From the human T2T-CHM13v2.0 reference genome, Homo sapiens, in the NCBI RefSeq assembly GCF_009914755.1, contig NC_060931.1: a stretch of 64,000 nucleotides of DNA; one strand, given 5' to 3'. The notes below the pieces were generated by a model. That model was given only the letters and a program-made list of their open reading frames with translations, made no database searches and was not told the origin of the DNA. Shown here piece after piece: positions 1 through 20,036 of the stretch. The position numbers and the translations under genes are program-made. Position 1 is the first letter of the stretch, and each line of letters starts with the position of its first letter.

Positions 1-312
<312 letters not shown>

Positions 313-552
313 TTAAATGATACCACGAGAAACCAGCCAACTCTAGAAGACATTCTACAGGCCAATTATCAAATGCAATGAATCTCATTTGGATCCTAAC
401 CTGAACAAACTAACTGCAGTACACATGTAAAGCTAATTTGAGATAATTAGTGGAACTGTGAAGTTGGTATGAGATATCAAAGACTTAAAATTTCAATTTT
501 AGTTTTGTTAGTGGTCATAAAGGTAAGTGCTATATAAGAAAAAAAGGTTTTA

Positions 553-1055
<503 letters not shown>

Positions 1056-1089
1056 ACGTTTTGACATCTGGCAGGATTCTGTTGCTCTT

Positions 1090-1990
1090 TGGTCCCAGAG
1101 GGGCTATATGATAAGGAAAGGCAAGTTGAAGCCCGTGGAGCACCCTCTCTCTAAAAAAAAAAACACATCACCAGATTCCTTTGGGCATCTTCTAGACTGG
1201 CACCACCATCAAAGACTTCTAAGATGCAGAGGCGATGATTCTTTCACATCTCTTTTTACTTCTCATTTGGCTTGTACAGAAGAATGGCTCTTGGAGGACA
1301 GTGTATTACTTTAAGCCTCAACAGATGCTGACTAAATGTGGCTGCTGTTTTAGATGTCATCTCTCACCAGAACAAACAGCCCCTGGCAACTGGTATGCTG
1401 CGAATGATTTGGAAAATGCTTTTCCTGTCTGTTCGATAATCAGAGAACACCAGCAGCCAGTGAGGACCTTGATTATGTCGTTCAATAGGATAACACACCG
1501 TTCTACTTGAACGACATGCAGATAGAACCTGGTGAACAGGAAGTAGCAGTTATGGTAGTATGTATTAATATGCTACATGAATGCCAGAAGGTTAGAGAGA
1601 GAAATCCCTTGAATGTAGGAATGTGTCATCTCTATGAAGTTCTGGTGGTCTGGAGGTCAGGCATGTATATCATGATATCCCTTCCAAAGCTAGGCTCATG
1701 ACAGAAGCATCCTCTATCACTAAGGAAGAAGCCCAACATTTGGGAGGCTGTTTTTGATTTTTGGAATCAACATATATCACATTTGGATGTTCTGCTCTTA
1801 TCCACTTACTGCTGATCTAAAAGGCTGCCAGGTTTAAATAGGACCCAGTGGTGGGCTATGTGTGGCAGACCAAGACGCTGAGCGGAACCAGTGCCAGGAA
1901 CCGATAGGACAATCAGAATGAAGGCTGTGCTTTGTAAGTAATTCTCCTTCCAAGAAACATCTCACAGCCTGCTACTGAGTCCTGTAGTAG
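1090..1990 (+). mobile_element. Degenerate ERVL-class (ERVL-E/HERVL-like) pol internal fragment
   Basis: Fragmented frames give IWLVQKNGSWRTVYY, PGNWYAANDLENAF and DMQIEPGEQEVA. These match ERVL RT motifs (IWPVQKTDGSWRMTVDY, PGTWYAAIDLANAFF, DDIMLIGPSEQEVA). Many frameshifts. Confidence 0.8.
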
Positions 1991-2004
1991 TCCAGATGCC
2001 TTAT

Positions 2005-2345
2005 CACAGGGCTGCATTCCCTCCTGGAGGCCTGAGGAGAGAGTATGTTTGCTGCTCATTTGGGTTGTCTGCAGAATTCAGTTGAGGTTGTAGGACCGGG
2101 GTCTCTATTTTCTTGGTGGCTGTCAGCTGAGGGTTTTCCCAACTTCTACAGGCTACCTCAATCCTTGGCTCATGGCCACCTTCATCCATCTTCAAAGCCA
2201 GCAACAGGGGGGTCAAGTCCTTCTCACGTTTGTTTGACTCTTCGTCCCACACTAAGGACTTTCTGCTTTTAAGGATTTGTAATTAGACTGGGTCTACTCG
2301 GATAATCCAGATAACCTCCCCATCTCAAGGTCCTTAACCATACAA
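2005..2345 (-). mobile_element. MaLR LTR fragment (MLT1D-like)
   Basis: CCATCTTCAAAGCCAGCAAC, GGATAATCCAG...CCCCATCTCAAGGTCCTTAA are typical MLT1 antisense motifs. Confidence 0.7.
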
Positions 2346-2759
2346 CCAAGGGCAAATCACATGGGCCTCAGCCGCCTCATCTGTAAGAGAATAATGGTAC
2401 CCACCTGTGCTGCATACTTGGGAAACTGCCCAAATTGCCATTGCCCACTTCATTTTCTGAGTACCAAACTCCTTCCATATCCTTCATATTTAAACTGGAC
2501 ATAAAGTCACCCAACTACAGGCTACATACGGTGCTTGCCTTGCCCACGTGACAATCTAGACCAATGCGATACGAGCGGAAGTGAGATATATGTATATAAT
2601 TCCTGTATCACTTATAACATAAAGAAAAGCTGCCTGCTTGGCAAGTTGTCTATTTCCCACTTTCTTTGGGTTTGAGTGTAAATGTGGCCACAATCTAGTT
2701 ACAATCATGCAGAAGAGAATATCACCTTCAGGGAAGGGTGAAGCAGTTAGACAATCTTC

Positions 2760-3063
<304 letters not shown>

Positions 3064-3127
3064 GTGAGACAATCTCTGAATAACGTCAGGAGATAGATAT
3101 GCACCCTCAGCTGCATGGTAAGGCTAG

Positions 3128-3478
<351 letters not shown>

Positions 3479-3699
3479 TGCATTTTAATAAGTGAGTATT
3501 TGTAATGTGCTCAGCCACACAGTACTATACAAGTAATGGTTATTATTATCACAGGCGTATCATTTTGTATTCTGGAGGTGGGCAATTCTACTTAGGTCTC
3601 AGGCCAACAGTTTCCTATAACACAGACATAAGCAACACTAGTGCAGTCTAAGTTAATTAAAACGCGTTACTTGCTTATTTAGAAAATAAGGAAAAGGGG

Positions 3700-3830
3700 G
3701 ACCATCATTTATTGAATTCACAGGTGCCAGGCATTTATATGTTAGTTTGTCTTCTGAAATAACTCCATGAGGCTGCAGAGATGAGGAAACAGAGGCTCAA
3801 GGGTTAGATTACTTCCCCAAGATCACTCCA
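3700..3830 (-). mobile_element. MIR fragment
   Basis: CATTTATTGA...GATGAGGAAACAGAGGCTCA...CCCAAGATCAC core. Confidence 0.65.
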
Positions 3831-3943
3831 GACTGGGGTGGCTCAAGCGTGTTCTTCCGACAACAGTATGCCCTCTCTACCAAAAAGCAGGTTAATGGGG
3901 AAGTTGAGAATCAGCCCATAGCCCCTCTGAATTCTGTTACTCA

Positions 3944-4210
<267 letters not shown>

Positions 4211-4224
4211 TTAAGAGGTGGTAG

Positions 4225-4330
4225 GGCTAGGTGGCTGACGCCTGTAGTACCAGCACTTTGGAAGGCTGTGGCAGGCCAGGAGTTTGAGACCAGCCTGGGC
4301 AACAGAGTGAGACCCTGTCCCTTAAAAAAA
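4225..4330 (+). mobile_element. FLAM/Alu monomer
   Basis: CGCCTGTAGTACCAGCACTTTGG...GAGTTTGAGACCAGCCTGGGCAAC. Confidence 0.75.
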
Positions 4331-4840
4331 AGACAAAGAGTTGGGGGAGGAGAGGGGAGTGGTAAGAATCATTAGAAGGACGCACAAGGAAAAATTTCTC
4401 TCCCTAGATCAAAAGGAAGTGTTGCTCCCATCACTTAATTTGCATAAGCCTTTCTAAAATGCTCTGGGCCATCTGAAAAAACCAAAGGAGACGGATCTTG
4501 GGTAATCTTGGGTTTTTAAAACACAGTAGCACGAGCTGCTTGGCAGGGCCTGTTTGGATCTCGTTAATCTCTGCAAAATCCCTGTGCCCACAAGCTGGCG
4601 TCCAAAACTCGCTTCTACTGGATTGAAGAATGGCCTACTTCAGTTCACCAGGGGCTCCTAAGGGAGACTTTCCTCCGTTGCTCATCACTCATCGGCATGG
4701 ATGTCACCCTTAAAAGTTTCACTTCATATATAAACATGCATCTTAAATAATCACCACCTTTATTCTAGGATCCTTCATAGTTTATAAAATGCTTTCATAT
4801 GTGCCAGAAACTATCCCACATCAGTAAGAATAATTTAAAG

Positions 4841-5170
<330 letters not shown>

Positions 5171-5199
5171 GTTAATCCAATGATCACAGGCATTAAATG

Positions 5200-5765
5200 G
5201 AAATTATAACCCTAATAGGTTACAGTGAAGGAAAACATAGTGTTGTCAGTTTTAAGTGGGGCCCTGATCTAGTCTGGGGAGACAGTGAAGGCTTGAGGAA
5301 GTGAGGCCTGAGATCCAAAGGACGAGTCAACGATGAATAGGGCGGCGAAAACAGATCAACACTCCAGACAATGGGCAGCAAGAGAAGACTCTGGCAGGCA
5401 AAGCCGGGCATGTTCAGTTCCTATGGCTGGACTGCAGACAGTAAGCATGGCCCTGGAGGCCTGCACGCACCAGACCAGGCAAGGCCTTGAAGGGCATGAT
5501 GAGCAGTTTTTTCTTTATCCTATGAGCACTAGGAAGCCCCCAAAAGGTGCCAAGTACGGAAGTAACACGATCAGGTATGTCTTTTAAAAAAAATCATTCT
5601 GGGTGGAAAACACTGGAGGGAGGAAAGAGTGAACGTGCAAAAGACAGAAGCTAGTAAAGCCACTCAGGAGAGAGGCCATGAAGGCCCAGACAAGGGTGGT
5701 GGGCAAGGACAGGTAGAAAAGGGGACTGACTTGAGAGCAAGGGAGGAAGTAAGACTGGTGGGTGT
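5200..5765 (-). mobile_element. L2 fragment
   Basis: Purine-rich GGCTTGAGGAAGTGAGG...CTTTATCCTATGAGCACTAGGAAGCC...AAAATCATTCTGG pattern. Confidence 0.6.
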
Positions 5766-5928
5766 AGAGATGAGTCGCCGTGCCTGGCCCTTTTGTACAT
5801 TCTGAATTTTATACTATATGTGTACTATCTAATAAAAAGAATTTAAAAAGGGAGAAAAATGGAACAGAATGCTGAGGGAGCTGAGAACCTGACCCTTCTG
5901 GTGGGATGTCGTAAAAAGCCTCAATCAG

Positions 5929-6300
<372 letters not shown>

Positions 6301-6877
6301 TTAAACGCACTGCTTCCGAGGGATGCGGATATGCTCTGTTCCCTCACCTACATCCCATTCAGTAAACAAAGGTGATATATATTAGGGTGCCTAACTATTA
6401 CCCACCGAAACATACAGCAGCACAAACCCATTTTTATAAGAAACAAACCCTGTGCCTGACTATTGCAGGAAGCTGGAGGACAAACAACAGCTGGAGAATA
6501 GATGAGCTGATGTTTGGCTCCTAACCTCTAAAACAATGCCAACCCAGCCCCTTCCAGGAGTAACAGCTTGAAAACAATACATGGCATTTAGATACTTTTT
6601 AGCATTCCTGGCAATTCCGTTATTAATTCATGGGTCTTCCTCATAAGGGAAGAAACCCCATTTTTGAGATGAGGCACAGGCCCACCAGGGCAAAATGACC
6701 TGGCCAGGCTGGAGCCAGGTGCATGTGAGGGCCACTGTGAGGCCCTCTGCTCTGCTCACCCTCTACGTCACAGTGCTTCTTCTGTAGGTGAACGTGTGGG
6801 TTTTCAGCCAGGGCGCTTCTTACTGAAGGGCCCGAGGGTCCCGGAGAACATATCTGAAACGTCTTTTGAAAAGACTG

Positions 6878-7264
<387 letters not shown>

Positions 7265-7396
7265 TTAAAATGTACTCTCTCTTCTAAACAGTGTAAATTT
7301 TACTAAATTGTAATTTTCTCCTCTCAGGCACAGCTAGGCTTTGCTCCTAAACTCAGCAAATGCTTACGCATATTACGAAGAAACGCTCTTGAATGG

Positions 7397-7848
<452 letters not shown>

Positions 7849-8800
7849 GACTCTTGCATGTTTAACATGATAACCACATTCTTCAATCTGTGGTTTACAA
7901 GAAAGCCCCAAAGGGCCATTTTGGAAGGCAAAGTACACTTTGACGAGTAACCTCAAAACATGAAGAACAGGGTATCGTGGCCATCGCGCGGGACCACACT
8001 TTCTATCCCCTTGTGCCTTTCCGATTGGGGGAAACCACGGAGTTCACCGTCATCCCAAATACAGTAAGCAGGCAAGCAGCTCCCGCCCTCTCAGGGGGGA
8101 AGGAGCATGCATGCTGGGTAGTTTGTTAACAAGTAGCCCGCCAGGCCACGTTCTTCACGTCATCATGGAGGTTGCTGGTTAAGTTTATGATGCCCTTTTG
8201 TCCTCAAAATACATTAAGGTGTTTTGGCTGTTCATGAGGTCTTCACTTTGCAATATAAAGAAAGCACTTCCGTCTTCCTTTATTCATTTTCTGCTGCCTG
8301 AATAATGATTAATGAATAAAGCAGAAGATTAAATTCAATTCCAGATGACCCTATCATGATGGGAGCTGAAATTTCTTCACATAAACAGCTTTCTCAAGAA
8401 CCAGTAGACAAATGTATCCGGCCACCACCTCCTCCAAGCCCAGCAAGTGTGATAATAATCTTGAGACCTTTGGGTCTGTTGGCAAAGAATCCAAAAGAAA
8501 ATCTGAGCCCACAGGCCAAAGTCACCGGGTTCTGTGTTTGTTTCCTTGCCTTCCTTGCAAAGCCACCTGGAAGGTGTCCGTCCCCATGCGTGCTAGATTT
8601 CAGTTGCTGACTTCCATCCAGCCTTGTCTCAGAAGCAGAACAAAGTACAAACTGCTCCCTTACTTTTAAATGGTTCCTACAGTGAAACCTGTCAACTCAC
8701 TCTCTAGGGGGAGAGAAGTCACTGACATGCCACAGGGCATTACGCTGTTGCCAATCCAGAAGTAGCTTCAGAAATTTCAGCTCTCTGTTCTGTCACCTCA

Positions 8801-9130
<330 letters not shown>

Positions 9131-9699
9131 CTATAAATCTCCAGCACTCTTGAGGTAAAAGGCCCACACACTTGACTATTCGCAAATGCTCAGCCAGGGA
9201 CCACAGGACCGTGGGCTTCCAGGCCATCTGTGTCTTCTAGTTGTCAAAGATGCTGGTCCTCCCCACCCATACGCCCAAATGACATACAGAAGGCCAGAAA
9301 GACACTGATTTTAAGATGGAACCCCTTAAATCTCAGGAGTTTATGCTGCAACCCCTGAGAATCAATAAAGTTCAGCAAAGTCAAAGCTCAGGTAGATTCA
9401 GTGAACTTTCTTTCCTTTTACTAAGGGAATCCAAGAACCTCTATTTTTCCTAGGTCAAGAATGCACATAACAGCCGAATAAGGCTTGGTCCTTGCCCTCA
9501 AGGAGTGCACTCTACTGAGAGAGTTACATATCGGGGCAAATCAAGCACAGCATAATGGGGGTTCAGTGTAATGTGCACGCACACACGGCAGGGGAGCATG
9601 CATGTGCATGCAGAGGAGAAAGAGGTGAGTCAGACAAGGATTCTTTGCGGAGCTGACATCTTCATGGGATTGACTACAGTAAGTGCCATGAGTAATCAG

Positions 9700-10400
<701 letters not shown>

Positions 10401-10709
10401 GTACATCTGCCGCTCTCAATACTGAAGCGCCATGGAGGAGGCCTGGAGAGTGCAGCAATGTGTCGGAGTTATGTTTCAGAATACTTCCATTAATTAGTGA
10501 GCTTGAGACCAAAGACAGAAAGATGGTTGAGAAGCAACTGGAAGAGTCTATGAAAGAGATGAGGGTGAGAGAGAAGCCTAGAAAGACTTCTAGGCTTCTG
10601 ATGTAGGACACTAGCGAGATTGGTGGAAACATGAACTTAGATCAAGTGGTGCAGAATAAGATCTGAGTGACGGTGGGAGGCAGAGGCGAGTTTAGTTCCA
10701 GACCAGCTT

Positions 10710-11160
10710 ACTTATTCACTCATTTATGTGCTCTTCCAGTATCTGCTGAATTTCTGTCATTTGTATGAGACACCGGAGATACAGCAATAAACAAGTTAGG
10801 CTCAGTTTCTATCTTCATGACATTTACGTTTTACTGAAAAACACAGATATTAACTGACACTAGGGGCCTAGTCAGAGGATGCGACATTTAAGCTGAGTCC
10901 TAAAGGAGGAGTCGGCCAGGTATGGGTACAGAGGGAAGAGCAAGGGTGAAGGCTTCAGGGCAGGAGAGGGTCCGTCTCATGCTGAGAAAGTCAGTATGGC
11001 TGGAGCCCAGTGGGGGAGAGTGGAGAATGGACCATGGTCACCCAGTAGGACTGAGGCTATAGGAAGGAGTTTGGAAAGCTAGGCTGACCAGGTGGGAAAT
11101 GCAAGCATCTGGTTGACATTTCAAAAGATTCTTCTGGCTGCTACTGTTAAAGGGATGGTT
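10710..11160 (-). mobile_element. L2 3' fragment
   Basis: TTATTCACTCATTTAT tail and GATACAGCAATAAACAAG...CATTTAAGCTGAGTCCTAAAGGA. Confidence 0.65.
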
Positions 11161-11483
11161 TGCTGGGGTTGTAGGACCTTGCAGCACCCCCTTTCTAAAC
11201 TAAGGCCAAGTAAATAACTTCTAGGGGAACAGGCTCGGAGTGTGGATTTGATTCTTGCTTAGATTTCCTCAACAGTCCTCCATAAATAAGGGCACAGCTT
11301 ACTTCCTGAAACAAGGTGTGCCAACACCAAGCCTGGCAGGGGCAGGAAAGGCTAACCTGCGATGGGGCAATAGCAGCACACCTGTACTTTTTTTGTTAAG
11401 AAGAAGAGAACCACATTTTCTGATATGGCTTCAGAAAGGGACTTTATTACTATTCTTCTTAATATTTTAATTACATTCATTAA

Positions 11484-12880
<1,397 letters not shown>

Positions 12881-13021
12881 GCTTAGGTTTTTTGTTAAAG
12901 AAATAAATGAGACCTGCTAGGACTGAAAACTTACACATCTTCACAAAGGGTGCTTTGCATACACATCTCAATCTTCACAGCAACTCTACAGGGAAGTACT
13001 GGAGAATTATTCCCATTTTTA

Positions 13022-13369
<348 letters not shown>

Positions 13370-14120
13370 TTAATTTGGTCGAGGTCACAGAGCTTTAGAC
13401 ATGAGTCTGTCTGATCCCAAATCCACTTGCTCTTACTCTAGTCCCACTGTGTGCCCACATGGCGTTTGCTAGCGAAAGCAGGTCACTGTTTACTGGAGAA
13501 CCCAAGGGCACGTGGCTATGAGACAAGCTGAGGTTACAATGGCATCTTGTGTGAGAAGACCACAGAGGAACAATCAGCAAATCTGGGTGTGAGCATCAGG
13601 GCATCAAAGGCATGGCCGTGCAGCTGCAGCTGTGCAGGATGTCTGCTTCCTGGAGAGCTGCGAATGGCTCAGTAAGAGGCAGGATGGGATGGAATCAGAC
13701 CTGAGGATACCCTTTCTTACTGGTAACGATAGGAACCTGCTAATCACAGGGTGATCTCAGACTGGACACGTGTGAGGAAGTAGCTGTTCCTGCCACCTTT
13801 GGGCAGTTGCATGTCTGGCGGTATAGCAAAAGGAAGTCCATTTTTAGATTTCCATTACCGCATAAACAGAGATAGGCTCCATGAAAGTGTTCCATAGTCA
13901 CTCCCTCAACCAGCCCCTGGATGCTTACTTGTAAATACTTGCCACTTACCTCCTCAAAGGTGGCCAGGATCAGGGCATTAAGATTTGGTAATGGCATTGC
14001 TTGAGATTATCACCATCACTGAAACTGCTCTGGGTCGGTTTTGTTCAGAGCAATGCAGGTAACAGAGACAGTTTCTGCACTGAAAGGAATGAAGACACTC
14101 TCATGTTCCCACCCTTGCCC

Positions 14121-14180
14121 CTTCCACCAGTGCCACTGAGAGCCTTCCATCAGTGCCGCTGAGAGCCTTCCATCAGTGCC
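14121..14180. repeat. 23-bp minisatellite, 2.6 copies (CTTCCA[C/T]CAGTGCC[A/G]CTGAGAGC)
   Basis: Units at 14121, 14144 and 14167. Confidence 0.9.
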
Positions 14181-14812
14181 AGAGAGAGGGATCGGTATAA
14201 AACGAAGCCCTTGTCCTCTTAGAGTCTACTCACAAACAGATAACTGTATACTCTGAGGAAGATGGTGAGTACCTCAGAGGAAACTAAAGCCAGGTAGGGG
14301 GCAGGCAGTGTGAACAGGGAGGGTGCCATCTGACACTGGTTTGTCAGGGAAGGCTTGTGTAGAGCTGGCACTTCTGCTTGAGCCTGAAGGCTATCTGGTA
14401 GAGAAGCGTTCCAGGTACAGGGAATGCAAGCAGGACAGTAGACGGAGCTGGGACAGGACAGAGCGCTCAGAGAATCCAGCACCCACACCCCCTATGCCCT
14501 CAATGGCACAACATTTTGCCTAAGAATATCTCTTCTCCTCTGGCAACACCTACTCACCAGTTCTCCTTTCAAATACCAGTGGCTTGGGAAACCCAAATGA
14601 CCCGGGAAGAGCTGGCACTTGCTCACTGGGCTCCCACAGCACTTAGCTTATGCGTTGTTACTGCACTTTTAGTGGCGTCTTGTAATTATCTGATTATGTC
14701 ACATCTTTTCCAAATGCCAGGCGCTCCTTGCGGCAAAGATGACGTCCTGCTGGTCACTATGGACAGGCTTGGCATGGAGGGCTCAATTCATCCAATAAAA
14801 AAAAGTTCACTT

Positions 14813-15454
<642 letters not shown>

Positions 15455-16307
15455 GTTCACTTGAGTGCCTATTCTGTGCCACATGGAGATGCGATGGAGA
15501 TGAAGCCTGGAGAATTCCTGACCTGGAGGGGCTCGTAATCAACCACCGTACATCTCAGGTATCTTTGGATTTCTAGGGCCTAGCACTAGATTTGAGCGGC
15601 ACAAGGTGCTGAATGTCTGAGCTGGAGGCTGGCAAGACAAAGCACATCTTCTCCATGCAGAGAGTTGTTTTTTTGTACTTTCCATGGGCAAAAAAAGCGT
15701 ATCTATCTCCTCTCTGAAAGAACATTATTTCCTCCCTATTGGGTCTTATTTATAATTATGCCAAGTATTTTATGAGAAAATGAAATTATTAATATATACG
15801 ACCCTTTCAGGTTAATTCATTACAGCTTCAGCCTTAAGGATGAGTTACTGTCCTTCCTTTCTTTGCTCCCTAATGTCTTTCCCCAATTTAATGAGTTAAA
15901 CTACAAACAGCAGTTATTACCAAGCAGCTAATGACCAAATGCTTGCAGATGGTGTGAGAAAGTACTGCATATGTTTCAATTAGGATGTTCTTTGTTGATT
16001 TTCTCCTGTAGTTTCAAGACATGGAAGTTGATCTCTCTTCAATCAGGATAAAAGGAGCTCACAAACAGTAGACCCTGAAAATGTGTGCCCAAGAGAACTT
16101 CTGGTTTAGAGGGGTCAGGACTGGAAATGCGCATTCTGCCTGTGTCCCAGCCTGGCTCTCCCCAACACCCCCAGGGGCTGTGGAAGGCCAGTTGCCGCCC
16201 AAGGGTAGGCTGCACGCTTCCCCCACTGGCCAGCATTCTCCTCTGCACTCCCAGAAACAAGATAATCCAAACTGCCTGGGTCCAGTTCTTAAAGGACACA
16301 CAAAATT

Positions 16308-16611
16308 CTTTTTTTTCTTTTTTCTTGAGATGAAGTTTTGCTCTTGTTGCCCAGGCTGGAGTGCAATGGCACAATCTTGGCTCACCGCAACCTCCACCTC
16401 CCAGGTTCAAGCAATTCTTCCTGCCACAGCCTCCCAAGTAGCTGGGATTACAGGCGCCCGCCACCAGGCCTGGCTAATTTTTGTATTTTTTAGGAGAGAC
16501 TGGGTTTCACCACGTTGGCCAGGCTGGTCTTGAACTCCTGACCTCAGGTGATCTGCCCGCCTCGGCCTCCCAAAGTGCTGCGATTACAGGCACGAACCAC
16601 CGCACCCAGCC
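16308..16611 (-). mobile_element. AluSq/Sp
   Basis: Full antisense dimer with TSD AGGACACACAAAATTCT. Confidence 0.92.
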
Positions 16612-17352
16612 AGGACACACAAAATTCTAACATGAATTCTTCTAACAGTGTCTTGTAATGATCTGATTATGTCACATCTAAGAAGCCAAGCTCACCATGC
16701 AGGGGATTCCTCTCTATCCTCAAAGTACAGTAAATCATCTCTCAAAGGAAGGAGAACCTTTACATTTCCAAATGCAGAAATTCAAATCTGGGAGTGGCCA
16801 AGTGAGAGCTCTGGGAACCATTACAAAGCCTCCCCCACCTCACTCCCTAGTCCTGAGGAAAGGGCTTCTTTGGGGAAGATTTCATGTTGTTCTTAAATAT
16901 TTTTTGTTTTCATACACACCTCACCTACCATTTCTATGTACAGAACCAGGCTTTGAAAAAAGAAATCTTGAAGTGTTATTTCTGTGGATTAGAAAAGTTC
17001 TTTCCCTGAGCCACCAGGATTAGGTGACAAATTGGAATAGAAGCTTTATATGTGGTTTCTGTGCTAATGCTGCCCCCTAGGGATGGAAAGTTACAAGGCA
17101 CCGAGACACCAGCTTGACTGCTCTGGGAGAGACCACACATAGCTGCCGGCTTTTTACTATACTATGGGGACCAGGGCTTCGAGGACAGAGTGGGAGGGTA
17201 AAGTCTTTCTGGAATAAATCAAAGTTCAATTTTATCTTTATCATAGTAACTACAAACAAAACTACCAATTCCCTTAGTTACTCAAATACAGACGACTGTT
17301 TCTCTCGAATGGCTGTTTAACAGAATCACCGAGACTATATCAGCAACGCCTA

Positions 17353-17780
<428 letters not shown>

Positions 17781-18328
17781 TTAAGACATGATTGTAAGTG
17801 CTGAGGAGAAAAAAATAAAGGAAGAATGCACTGGGGTGGAGAGGGGGAAATAGTTCACGATTATAAACTGGTGGTCAGGGAAGGCCTCTCTGCGAAGGTG
17901 CATGTAAGTGAAGACTTAAGAAAGGCGAGGGAGAGAGTCTGGTGCTATCTGGGGGAAAGAATTCCAGGCACCAGGAACAGGGAGGAGCAGGGTGGGCAGA
18001 GCTGTAAGGTGGAGAGGAGGGTTGGGTTTGCAGGCTGCCTGGGGCCTGAGCCCAGAGTAAACAGATGCTGAAGAAGAGCCTCTGCAATGGCTGTGCATGA
18101 GGTTGATTCCCAAAGAACCCCACCTGCAGGGATCCCTTTCACGGGGAGCTCTCAAGCCTTCTGAGCTGCGCCTCTGAAGGTGGGGCCTCTCCCGCCTTCC
18201 TGCCGAGCTTCTCACAGCCTGGAAAGGGCAGGAGGGGAGGCTGTGACTAAGCCCCTTCCAAAGGATTTGCTCCCCATAGATGCTCCATACAATACAGGTT
18301 GTGGAACCGAAGTTACTACAGCAATGAC

Positions 18329-18620
18329 TTTTTTTTTTTTTTTTTTGAGACAGGGTCTCATTCTGTCACCCAGGCTGGGGTGCAGTCAGTGGTGCCATCA
18401 TAGCTCACTGGGCTCAAGCCTGGGCTCAAGTGATCCTGCCCCCTCAGTGCCCAGAGTAGCTGTGACCACAGGCACATGCCACCATACCTGGCTAATTTTT
18501 TGTACAGACCAGGTCTTGCTATGTTGCTCAGACTGGTCTCAAACTCCTGGGCTCAAAGGATGCACCCGCCTCGGCCTCCCATATGCTGGGATTACAGTTG
18601 TGAGGCACTGTGCCTGGCCA
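18329..18620 (-). mobile_element. AluJ
   Basis: Diverged antisense dimer with GGGCTCAAG J-type motifs. Confidence 0.85.
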
Positions 18621-19738
18621 GCCATGACTTTTAAACTATAAACTGTGGCCCTATGGTGGGTTGTAAAGTCACTTCAGTAGATTATGACTAGTGGATTTAA
18701 AGTTAGAACAAAAATACTAGGGCACATTCCATGTGTCAAGTATTTGTTTTATAAAACTGTTTCTGTTCCACCTATATTTATTTATGTTTGGATGAAGCTT
18801 ATGGTAATTTATATTTCTTACTATAGGTCACAAACAAAAAAGTTTAAAAGCCATTAATTTAGAATTCATTCAGAATTAAAGTTTCTTTAAAAAGGCACCA
18901 AAAGGCTCATTCTCACAATAGGAAGTCCCAAGGATCACTGCCAGGAACTGAAAACCAGCCCCATCTCTAGTTACCCTGGAGGTGACTCTGCTGATAAGGA
19001 ACAATGCCCGGGAACCAGGGGAACCCCCCAGCCTTCTCCATCCTGCAGGAGCAGGGCCATGCATAGGAAGCAGATCTAATCATTTCAAACTGTCAAATAG
19101 AAACACTGTTATCACTTGGGCAGAAACAAGCCAGGCTGACCTTGTCTTTGCTCACTGCTTGGGCTACCTCTGGGCTTCCCAGGGTTTTGCTGGGAATCTT
19201 GGCCTGGCAGGAACAGCCAGCAAAACCAGCTCCTGCCTGCTGGAACTCCACTGTCAGCATGCCCTGGAAGAGAGGCTGCAGATTCCAGGAAGCCTCCTTC
19301 CAGGTAGGACAAAGACCATCTTGACACTCCTCCTCATGCCCAGGCTGACAACAGCTGGACTTAAAGTCACTGGATCAGATTGGGGAAAGGAGCCACTGGG
19401 GTCTGGGCATGGGATGGGAAGGAGGAAGTCGAGGCTTCATCCTGAGTCATTCAGCAGAAGTGCTGGTTCCAGGGTACAGCGCAGCTTCAAGCTGAGCAGG
19501 TAACTTCGCGTTGGTATTTTAGGGCGCTGTGTAAAGATGGCAGTAATTCATGTATCCAGGGACAGAAGAATACAAAGCTGTCTGAACTTGGGGTTGACAA
19601 TACCCCTTTGTGGATATCAGACAGGACATCTTGCAAGGTACTGTTTATATAGCAGGCATAGAAAAGCGGCTGCCCCTGGTAGTTTTTCACATTCTCATAA
19701 AAATCAAATCCCTTCTCAGAGTAAATAGCAAAGCGGAC

Positions 19739-20036
<298 letters not shown>

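Noticed and set aside
14121-14180. Short direct repeats considered as a CRISPR-like array
   Set aside because: Human DNA with contiguous units and no spacers; this is a minisatellite.
18982-19503. 173-aa plus-strand ORF
   Set aside because: Non-ATG start, no recognisable domain, antisense to the host gene; consistent with chance.
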